From: the human T2T-CHM13v2.0 reference genome, Homo sapiens
Strand: one strand, 5' to 3'
NCBI RefSeq assembly: GCF_009914755.1
Contig: NC_060946.1
Length of the DNA: 64,000 nt
A program made the position numbers and the translations under genes. Positions within the stretch are counted from its first letter, which is position 1. Each line of letters starts with the position of its first letter. Below, piece by piece: positions 11,998 to 22,070 of this stretch. A model generated the notes under the pieces. That model made no database searches, was not told where the DNA came from, and saw only the letters and a list, made by a program, of their open reading frames with translations.

Positions 11998-12979
11998 GAA
12001 GGAGAGCAAGGGAGAGAGCGATGGAGAAATAGAACCAGGAGAGAGAGAGACAGTGATAGAGAGAGAGAGACAGAGAAGGGGGGAAGAGAGAGCGCCACAG
12101 TAGAGCGCGAGGTGGAGGGGGAAGTAGAGAAAGGGAGAGGGTGAGGGAGTGATAGAGTGACAGCAACAGAGCCTTGGAGAGGGAGGCTCTGCTCAGGTAG
12201 ACAGGGCACCTTTCGGCAGGCCGGGGTGGGGTAGAGGGTGTTTGGGCCGGGCTAGAACAGGGGGTCAGGGCCCCCCACCCGGGAAAACCAACGGAGCCCT
12301 AAGACGTGTTTTATTTTCTTGAATTGGTTGGTTGCTTTGTGGGTGCATTTCATAAGGTCCTCCCTTTGTTTGCTTCTTTCTGTCTCCTTGTTGCGTTGGG
12401 CCCCGAGATTTGTAGAGTGTGCTCGTTTTTCTGGAGGGAGCCGTGATGCCGAGCTTGTCCACGGGGCGAGGCCTGGGTCTCTCTCCTCTCCTCAGGACTG
12501 GAGTTCACACGAAGTCGGTGGCATTGAGAAACCGGGTGCACAGGGACGGATTTCCTCGTGGCTGGCGAAGACAATGTCCTTCCCCTGGGGAAAGCAGCCC
12601 ACGGGTTCTGGAGCGGAGGTCTTGCCTGGGGTCTGTGGGACCCGCTGCCCTGCCCGCCCCTTCCCCTGGCTTGGACGGTTGCAGCGTCGCTGGATGAATT
12701 AATAGAATTGCCTGGGAGTCCGGGGAGCGTGAAGACACCCGGGACCTCAGGGAACCCGCGCCTGCGCCCTCGGGGTCGGTCCCATCCTGCCCGGGTTGGA
12801 GCCGGGCTCCTGGTGGGGCTGCCGCGAGTCGGAAGAGGTGGGATGCTGCTGCATGGCGGTGCTGCAGTGGCGGATCTTCAGGAGGAGGTCCTGGGCTGCG
12901 GCTGGGGCGCGGGGGCGGTCAAGGGGGCGTTTGGGAAGCACGGAGACAAAAGGGGGAAAGAGGGAGAGAGCGGGAAGCC

Positions 12980-12983
12980 AAAA
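12980..12983 (-). terminator. Pol III terminator (T4) at the 3' end of the 5S copy
   Basis: aaaa on + strand = TTTT on - strand, directly at the 5S 3' end. Confidence 0.6.
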
Positions 12984-13101
12984 GCCTATGGTACCGGCTA
13001 TTACCAGGCGGAATCCCATCCAAGTACTAACCAGGACCGACCCTGCTTAGCTTCAACAGATCAGAGGTGAGCGGGAGCGTTCAGGGTGGTGTGGCCTAGA
13101 C
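12981..13101 (-). pseudogene. Full-length 5S rRNA pseudogene (~85% identical to 5S rRNA by eye)
   Basis: Reverse complement reads GTCTAGGCCACACCACCCTGAACGC...AAGCTAAGCAGGGTCGGTCCTGGTTAGTACTTGGATGGGATTCCGCCTGGTAATAGCC...TAGGCTTT. Box A is intact; box C has GA>TT. About 18 differences in total. Confidence 0.95.
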
Positions 13102-13121
13102 GCCAGCAGTGGCGCCTGGCT

Positions 13122-13133
13122 GCCCCAAGAGCC
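13122..13133 (-). promoter_or_regulatory. 5S rDNA D-box GGCTCTTGGGGC at -32..-21
   Basis: gccccaagagcc on + strand is an exact match, 21-32 nt upstream of the 5S +1 (13101). Confidence 0.85.
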
Positions 13134-13499
13134 CGGCCCAGCAACGCCCACACGACTCCAGGTGTCACCGCCACCCCGGGGCCGCGGGTCTCGGATCCGG
13201 GACCCGCAGAGGCGCTCGCCAGTGCCCCCAGGCAGCTGTCTCCCTCTACACCCGAGCACCGCCGGCCTCCCAGAGCGTCCCGCCGTCACCGGCGGCCAGA
13301 CCTGGCGCAGGACGAATGTGGTGCTGTCCTGCTGTTGCTGGGGGGCGCTGGAGGCCTCCGTCCCCTGCCCAGGCTTCCGGCTCTCGGGGCGGCCTCCTTT
13401 CAGCCCACGCTCCGGTCCTTCCGCGAGCTCCCGAGCTCCAGAGCTTCCACCACATCTGCCGGCTCAGGACGGGTCGTGCTCATCCCTTAACTTTGTAAC

Positions 13500-15320
13500 T
13501 TTTTGTTTTTTCTATTTATATTTTATTGTGCTATGTCTTGAAATGTTGTTGTAGTTATTACTTTTGATTGGATATTAGTGTTCCTACTTTGAATAAGAGT
13601 AGTTTGCACACCACACAGCTATAGTGTTATAATATTCTGTTTTGTTTTGTACCCTATTAGCAGTGAGGATTTTTTTTTTTACCTTTAGGTGGTCATTCAT
13701 TGCTCGTTAATGTCCTTTTCTTCCTGATTGAAGTACTCCCTTTAGCATTCCTTTAGGACAGGTATGGTATTCATAAAATACTTCAGCTTTTGTTTGTTGG
13801 AAAAAGTCAGTATTTCTTTTTATTTGAAGAAAATTTTCACTGTATATTCTATTCTAAGATAAAAGTTTTTTTCCTTTAACACTTTAAATATTTATTGCTT
13901 CTCTCTCCTGGCCAGTAGAGTTTCCACTGTAAAGTCTGCTGCCAGACATGTTGGAGCTCCCCAGTATGTTATTTGTTCCTTTTCTCTTTCTTCATTTAGA
14001 ACTTTTCTTTATCTTTGCCTTTTGGAAGATCTATTGAATGCTTTGAAGTCGTCTTTTTTGGGTTAAATCTGCTTAATGTTCTATAACATTTTGTAGGTGG
14101 ATATGGATATCTTTCTACAGGTTTGGAAAGTTCTGTGTTATTATCCCTTTGAATAAATTTTTCTACCCCGCCTCTTTCTCTACATCTTCTTTAAAACCAA
14201 TAACTCTTAGATCTGTCTTTGTGAGGTTATTTTCTAGATCCTCCCCTGCCTCTTTCTCTACATCTTCTTTAAAACAAATAACTCTTAGATCTGTCTTTGT
14301 GAGGCTATTTTCTAGATCCTGTCCGCATGTCTCTTCTATGTATTTTCAAAGAGCCTGTCTTCAAGCTCACTATTTCTTCTGCTTGATCCATTCTGCTATT
14401 ACATGTCTTTAATGCATTCTTCAGCATGCCAATTGCATTTTTCAGCTCAGAATTTCTGCTTTATTTGCTGTAACTATTTCAATCTCTTTGTTGAGTTTAA
14501 CTGATAAAATTTGGAATTTCTTTACTTTGTTATCTTAAATTTCTTTCAGTTTTTTTTTTATATATACAGCTATTTTGAATTCTCTGTCTGAAACATCACA
14601 TATCTCTTTTTCTCCAGGATTTGTCCCCACTGCCTTATTTAGTTCACTTGGTGAGGTCATGTTTTCCTGGATGGTGTTGATGCTAGTAGATGTGCTTCAG
14701 TGTCTGGACATTAAAATCTTGGGCATGCAGCACCATATGAGAGGTTTAAAAAATAAAATTTAAAGAGAGAAAAGGTGAGTATTTATTGTAGCCTTCATTG
14801 TCTGGGCTTATTTGTAGCTGTCTTTCTTGGGAAGGCTTTTCACATATTTGAAAAGAGTTGGGTGTTGTGATCTAAGCCATATCTGCTTTATGGGGCACCT
14901 TATACCCAATAATGCTGTAATTCTTCCAGACTCAGAGAATACCACCCTGACAGCCTTCAACAAGATCCAGGAGAATTTTCTAGATTACTGGCCAGAAACT
15001 CTTTTTCCCTACCATTATTTTCTCTCAAAGATAAAGAGTCTTTCTCTCTGTTTTAAGCCACCTAAAGCTGGGAGAAGAAAGACACAAGCACCCTTGGCCA
15101 CCACCACTATTATGCCCTGGATCAGACCTGAAGCTAGCACAGCACGGGTCTTGCTCAAGTCCTGCTGCATGCACTATCTGACGACTGCCTATGTTCACTC
15201 AAGGTCTTTGGTCTCTACAATTAGCAGGTGGCAAAGCCAGACAGGCCTGTGTTCTTTCCTTTAGGGCAGTGAGATCCCTCAGTCCCTGGCTGGGTCCAGA
15301 AGTGCCGTTCAGAAGTCAGG
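13500..15320 (-). mobile_element. Old L1 (L1M-type) 5'/ORF1-region fragment
   Basis: T-rich antisense L1 motifs: aagtctgctgccaga, tttggaaagttctgtgttattatccctttgaataa, gctattttgaattctctgtctga, gaggtcatgttttcctggatgg. Confidence 0.75.
14168..14321. repeat. 78-bp tandem duplication inside the old L1
   Basis: gcctctttctctacatcttctttaaaac...gtctttgtgagg(t/c)tattttctagatcct occurs twice; also visible as a 26-aa repeat in ORF 14149-14412. Confidence 0.9.
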
Positions 15321-15322
15321 GC

Positions 15323-17593
15323 TTTGGCCACTTTTTAATAGGGTTTTTTGTTTTTCTCTTGTAAATTTAAGTTCCTTATATTGAATATTAGATCTTTGTC
15401 AGATACATAGTTTGTAAATATTTTTTCTCATTCTATATGTTGTGTGTTCACTCTCTTGATAATTTCTTTTGCTGAGCAGAAGCTTTTAAGTTTAATTAGA
15501 TCCCACTTGTCAATAGTTGTATTTGTTGTTTTTGATGTCTTTATCATGAAATCTTTGCCTCTTTCTATGTCCAGGATGGTATTGTCTATGTTGTCTTCCA
15601 GGGCTTTTATAGTTTTGGGTTTTACATTTAAGTATTTAATCCATCTTGAGTGATTTTTGCTTATGGTATAAGGAAGAAGTCCAACTTCAATCTTCTGCAT
15701 ATCGCTAGCCAGTTATCCCAGCACCATTTATTGAATAGGGAATCTTTTCCCCATTGCTTGTTTTTGCCAGCTTTGTCAAAGATTAGATAGTTGTAGGTAT
15801 GTGGTCTTACTTCTAATTTCTCTATTCCGTTCCACTGGTGGATGTGTCTGTTTTTGTACTAGTACCATGCTGTTTTGGTTACTATAGTGCTGTAGTATAG
15901 TTTGAAGTCAGGTAATGTGATGCCTCAAGCTTTGTTCTTTTTGCTTAGGATTTCCTTGGCTACTTAGGTTCTTTCTTGGTTCCATATGAATTTTTGAATA
16001 GCTTTTTTCTACTTCCATGAAGCATGTCATTGGTAGTTTAATAGGAATAGCCTTGGGCAGTACAACCATTTAAATGATATTAATTCTTTCTCTCCATTAA
16101 CATGGAATGATTTTTCATTTGTTTATGTCTTCTCTGACTTCTTTGAGCAGTGTTTTGTAATTTTCATTGTAGAGATTTTTCACCTCCCTGGTTAGCTTTG
16201 TTCGTATGTACTTTATTCTATTCATGGAAATTGTGAATAAAATTGCCTCTCTGATTTGGCTCTTAGTTTGGCTTTTCTTGGTGTATAGGAATGCTAGCAA
16301 ATTTTGTACATTGATTTTGTGTCTTGAAACTTTGTGAAAGTTGTTTATCAGCTTAAGGAGCTTTTGGGTCACAACTATAGGGTTTAGATAGAGAATTATG
16401 TTGTCTGCAAACAGAGGTAGTTGGACTTCTCTTTCTATTTAAATACCCTTCATTTCTTTCTCTTGTCAAATTGCTCCAGAAAGGACTTCTAATACTATGT
16501 TGAATAGGAGTGGTGAGAGAGGGCATCCTTGTCTTGTGTGGGTTTCAAGGAGGATGCTTCCAGATTTTGCCCATTTGGTATAATGTTGGCTGTGAGTTTG
16601 TCATAGGTGATCTTTATTATTTTGAGGCATGTTCCTTTGATACCTCATTTATTGAGAATTTTTAACATTAAGCTTTGTTGAATTTTACTGAAAGCCTTCT
16701 TTGAATCTATTGAGAGACAATCACGTGGTTCTTATCTTTAGTTTAATTTATGTTACAAATCACATTTTATTGGTTTGCCCATGATGGACCAACCTTCTAT
16801 TCCAGGGAAGAAGCTTACTTCACTATGGTGAGTTAGCCTTTTGATGTGTTGCTAGATTCAGTTTGCAAGTATTTTGTTGTGGATTATTGAATGGATGTTC
16901 ATCAAGCATACTGGCCTGAAGTTTTCTTCTTTTCTTGTGTCACTGCCAGGCTTTGGTATCAGGATGATTCTGGCCTCATAGAACAAGTGGGGGAAGAGTC
17001 CCTCCTCCTCTATTTCTTGAAATAGTTTCAGTAGGACTGGTACTGGCTCTTCTTTGTACATCTGTTAAAATTTGTTAATCTATCAGGTCCTGGGTTTTTT
17101 TGGGGGGTGTTGATAGGCTATTTATTATGGATTCAATTTTTGGAGCTCATAATTTGTCTGCTCAGAGACTGAATTTCTTCCTGGTTCAGTCTTGAGAGTA
17201 TATGTGTTCAGGAATTTATATCTCTTCTAGTGTTTCTAGTTTGTGTGTATAGAGGTGCTTATAGTAGTTGCTGGTTGTTATTTTTATTTCTCTGGGGTCA
17301 GTGGTAACATTCCCTTCATCATTTCTAATTTTGTTTATTTGAATCTTCTCTCTTTTCTTCTTTATTAATCTAGCTAGTGCCCTATCTATCTTATTAATTT
17401 TTTCCAAAAACCTTGATTAAGTGATCTTTTGAACAGTTTTTCATGTCTCAATTTCCTTCAGTTCAGCTCTGATTTTAGTTATTTCTTGTCTTCTATAAGC
17501 TTTGTGGTTGAGTTCTTCTTGCTTCTCTAATTCTTTCAGTTGTGATGTTAGGTGGTTAATTTGAGATCTTTCTAACTTTTTGATATGGGCATT
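15323..17593 (-). mobile_element. Primate L1 (older L1PA/L1P) ORF2 fragment, degenerate
   Basis: Minus-strand ORF remnants match L1 ORF2p: [81 protein letters not shown]. Confidence 0.93.
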
Positions 17594-19913
17594 ACTTCTT
17601 ATGCCCTACTCTAACTTTTCTCCTTCTCCTAGAAAACTCAGAACTATGCTTTCTAAACCAATAGAAACTTTCTCACTGAATCAACCTAGTCCCCCTGAGG
17701 CAAAGTTAGCAATTTTCCATTACACACTGTTCTCTTTCTCTGTAAGAATATCTAATGCAACAATGCAAGTGTTTATTTCCCTCCTGGTAATGTGGGGAAC
17801 TCCTTTTGGCTGAGACCAAGACATGAAACCTTGTTCTTTCAACATTAATGAAGATCTATTTAGAAAGCCTCCATTTTTACAGAAAAGATATATAAACACC
17901 AATGAAAATAAATATGAAATTATATGACATACAATTATATTGTGGAAAGACTGAATAAATAAATGAACTAAGCTCTAAGAAAAATGATGATGATATAAAA
18001 TGATATAGAAATAAAAACCTGGGCTGGTATAGCATAATTAATGTATCAGTAAAGTATGTACATTGTAGAAGTGGCAGGAAGACAGCATAGAGAGTGAGAC
18101 CTGACCAAAAGCTTTAAGGAAAGTTCTATACCCTTAAACGAGATTAAAGTGGACTCAGGAAAATATGGGCCACATGAGGGGAAGGACACATGTTCCAGAC
18201 GGGCCAAAGCTCAGAGCATCTCTACCTTCTCCAGGAGGAAAGGGGCGGCAAAGCAGCAGGCAGAAGACAGCACGGCCAGGTCAGCACAGGGCACCCAGGC
18301 CAAGCCAGGTGGGCTCCGTTGTACAGGTAGTGAGGAGCCACTGCCAGGTGGGCTTTATTCATTAGTTTGTTTTGTTTCCTTTAATAATGAAGACACATGA
18401 TCAAAGTTGACCTTTGTAAATGTTGCTGCAGCTGAACAAAAAGATGGATAAAACCAGTGTTTTAAAAATTATGTTGTGTACAGCACTAGCCTCAGTGAGA
18501 CATTAGTAGAACACACAGGCACACACACGCACACACACTCACACTGAGCCCAGATTATTCTGGCAAATGCTGGGTTAAGCAAATTAAAAGAAACATCTTT
18601 AGTGCTGGACTTCTCAGAACCTGGAATGTGGCTATATGACTCATAAAACGGCAAGGTTAAGACAGAGCATGTCATTTTTTCCCAGAAATGTTGAAACACT
18701 TTCCTTCCCTTGGCTTCAGTGTCACCTTCTTTCTCCTGGTTCTCCATCAACCTCTTTGGCTGCTCTTTCTTGATTTCCTTTTTGACAATCTGCTGCTGCT
18801 CAGCCATTCTCTTTTCATTCCCCATGGATTTCTCAAGTGTGTTTCTATTCCTGCATTTTAAACTTTCCTTGTTTTTCCTGACACCTCTCCTTGTCTGACC
18901 CTCCCCGGTTCTAAGGCAGGTGTTCCATCCGTGTGCGCTTTTGGCATCCTGGGATGCTCCCAGCATGTTCCCTGCCACACTCCATCAGGTTTTCTCAGCA
19001 GACTCCGTGAGGGTAGCAGCCTTGTCTCCACCGTTCCTTCTATGCTCAGCACATAACACAGAAGCTGACTCCGTAACATTTAGTTGGCCAACTGAGACTA
19101 ATTGTATGTTCCTCTAGATCTTAAAAAGTTACAGAAACATATCACAATAGACAAAAAAAAATCTTTACTCAGGAGTTCTCTATATATGTACAAGAGTTTG
19201 AAGTCATTATTAAAGCAGAGAGAAAGAGAAAATGTCACAGAATTCAATAAGATAAATTATTTTGCTTTAATCTTCAATTCATCATGTGAGATAATCAAGA
19301 CCATGTGTTACTGTAAATATTTCTAGCTTACAACACAATGACCTGATTTTTATTGTTTGAAATAACTGCAATATAAATCATTTAATCAAAAATTGCATAA
19401 ATAATCCTTTCAAATAAAATTCTGCCTAAATTTTACATTACTCATATGTTCAAATGATAATGAACCCATAAGCTTTTCTAATACCTCAGTCAAAACATTG
19501 TACTGATTCCAGGTGTGGGAATCGTATCTGAAAGTTATTTTACAGATGGGGAAAAGGTACATACGTGACATTGGCCTTTGCACTACTGTGCCCTTTTGGG
19601 TCAGGAAAAAGCTGTTCCCTTAAAATCCTAAAAACTCTTCTGTCAGGTCTGAAGGGTGGGTGGGAAACACAGTTTTACAAATTTTAGCCACAGATGTTTT
19701 ATTCCTTGCTTAAAGCAGTGACTAGATAAAGGCCAGTAGAAGAGTCTCCAATGTTTCTTTAGAAGCGTGCGCCTGAGAACATCTTCCAGAAACACTCCCT
19801 TGTCTCTGCCCAAAATCACCTTTGGTAGGAAAATCACAGCTCAGCAGGCTGAGGAGATCCAAGGGGATCATTGAGCTCTGAGGCTTATGAGAGAAGAGAG
19901 AGAGGTCTAAGAC

Positions 19914-20436
19914 TTTTTTTGTATAAATTTATGGGTTCCAAGTGCAATTTTGCTGTAAGCATAGATGGTATAGTAGTGAAGTCAGGGCTTTTAGGTATCC
20001 ATCACCAGAATAATGCACATTGTACCCATTAAGTAATTTCTCACTATTCACCCCTTCCATCCCCTCACCCTGCCGAGTCTCCATTATCATTCCACTCTCT
20101 ACGTCAATATCTACACATCTTTTAGCACCCGCTTATGAGTGATAAAATACGATGTTTACTCTGTGTCTGGCTTGCTTCACTTACAACAATGGCCTCCAGT
20201 TCCATCCATGTGTCTTCAAAAGTTATGATTCTATTGTTTTTTATGTCTGAATAGTATTTCATTGTGTATATTTTCTACATTTTCTTTCTCCAATCATTTG
20301 TTGATGGGCATTCAGTTTGATTTTATGTCTGTGCTACTGTGAATAGTGTTGCAACAAATACACGAGTACAGTTATCTTTCTGATAAATTGATTTCTTTTC
20401 CTTTGCATAAATACTCAGTGGTGGGATTGCTGAATC
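19914..20436 (-). mobile_element. L1PB4-like 3' end
   Basis: aatttatgggttccaagtgcaattttg...gtgaagtcagggcttttaggtatccatcacc...tgtacccattaagtaatttc. Confidence 0.75.
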
Positions 20437-21032
20437 AGACAGAGCCAATAGATGATCAGTAATGGTGGCCAATCATCAGCTAGAAAAAAGTGCTTAGCAG
20501 GGATTGAAAACACCGAAACTATGAGACAACTGAGCTTCAAAAACTTCAACAGCCCTGAGTGAAAAGTCCAAACAAGTTTATCTAACATTCAAGGACGCTT
20601 TATTGTCTGTCCTTTGTGCATCTCAGTAGTCTCTTTTTACCACACTGTCTATATACTGCATGAGCCATTTATATGAAACTATCTGTCACTCCAAGGCATC
20701 TTATACTATATATTCAACCTAGTATATATACTATATACTAGGGATACCCTATGTATCCCTAGTACCTAGCACAGTCCTGGCATATAGTTTGCTACTAAAA
20801 GTTTGCAGAATGAAGGAATTATCTTGTATCCAGGTTCCAAGTTTTAAGGTGATTCTTCACTAAAAAAAAGTATTAGAGTTCACAAATAATCTATTTCCCT
20901 TTTTACAAATGGGATCGATTTTAATCTTATCCCCTAATAACATTACTTTCATTTACTCCCATCTAAATATACTGTCTTGAGAGCAATAAGAAAGAGAGTT
21001 GAAGCTGGAGTTTGAAGAATTGTACATGGTCC

Positions 21033-21557
21033 TGTGATACCCTACATGTTATAAACTGAGTGACTCTCTCCTAGCGGAGAGAGAGCCGGACAGACTCTAT
21101 TTCAGTTTCTTCAAGTGTAACCCCCTTTACCTCCCTCCCTTAAGGCCATAACTAGTGTAAATTGACTCAAAGCACGTCCAGGAATGCACTTACTGATAAG
21201 ATATTTAGGCAAGCTGCACCAGCAGCTCCTGGGGACACACTCAGTGAATATCACACAAAACCCCTGCATGTCTCTCTTTGTGATAGTTTAAGCCCCTGCG
21301 CCTGGAACTGTTTATTTGTTTTGTAACTGCTTTTGTAACCAATTAATTTTTTAACTATTTGCCAGCTCTGCTTCTGTAAAAATTGTTTCGATAAACTCTC
21401 CCCTCAACTATTTAGACCACGGAATAAAAAAAAACAGTCCCTTCCTCGGGGCCAAAAGAATTTTGAGTGTTAGCTGCCTCACGGTCGCTGGCTAATAAAG
21501 GACTCCTTAATTTTTCTCAAAGAGTGGCGTTCCTCTATAACTCGCTTGGTTACAACA
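21033..21557 (+). mobile_element. Solo ERV1 LTR, LTR6A-like
   Basis: TG...CA termini (tgtgataccctac...ggttacaaca), AATAAA near the 3' end, 4-bp TSD gtcc at 21029-21032 and 21558-21561. Subfamily assigned from memory. Confidence 0.8.
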
Positions 21558-22070
21558 GTCCACACTGTGGCCTGAGGTGCATCGCGCACCTGAGCTTCAT
21601 CTGTTAGGTATGTCAGGGAAGATAAGCAGGGTGAGAGTGGCCTCATCAGAGGACCCCAGATCTCTGGCTTCCCCATCTGGCAAGTGCACCTCTGTGAACA
21701 AAGACTTCAGAGCCAGATGACAAGAACAGCCCAAGCAGTCCACCACGGAAACCTGGGCCCAGTGTACATCAATGCAGAGCATCAAGCATGGTGTAACAGG
21801 TGCACAGTTGCCTATTCCTGTTCAGAGATGACTGCATCCCACACACTGTAAAATGAGGAAATGCAGAGAAGCAGATGTAACTGAAGAAGACAGCAGGAGC
21901 AACAAGGAGGGACAACCACGACCTAGGAAGGCACGATGCCAGAGACGCCTGAACCCCACGCTAGGCTCAGTGCCTGTTATACTCTTGGGACCCAGGACTT
22001 TCCCTCTCCATCACAATGCATACTTGATATTTTTTGTTGTTTAAAATATTGTCCTTAGTTTTCACCTTTC

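Larger units (their letters stand above)
10026..13490 (-). repeat. Degenerate tandem of genomic 5S rDNA repeat units (~1.95 kb unit, about 2 partial copies)
   Basis: Spacer motifs recur (gcagcct(g/c)atcccggga...CA-rich...gcttgaaggagagcaaggga...gcaacagagccttggagagggaggctct...cgggaaaaccaac). 5S 5' ends at 10692 and 13101 are each followed by the same GC-rich upstream flank. Confidence 0.88.
9725..22070 (+). repeat. Segmental duplication, copy A
   Basis: Colinear with 51271-60335: D4Z4-like/5S spacer, L1M, L1P, unique DNA, L1PB4 and LTR6. Paired near-identical ORFs, e.g. 17580/55603 and 21853/60118. Confidence 0.95.

Noticed and set aside
12981-13101. Functional 5S rRNA gene
   Set aside because: About 18 differences from 5S rRNA, including indels and a box C change; called as a pseudogene.
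18469-19079. 169-aa charged ORF and neighbouring ORFs in unique-looking DNA
   Set aside because: No recognisable homology, and the paralog is interrupted by an L1 insertion. It cannot be supported without a database search.
21560-22044. Short ORFs conserved in both duplication copies (possible exon, e.g. FRG2-like)
   Set aside because: Conservation is explained by the duplication itself, and I could not match them to FRG2 or any other protein.
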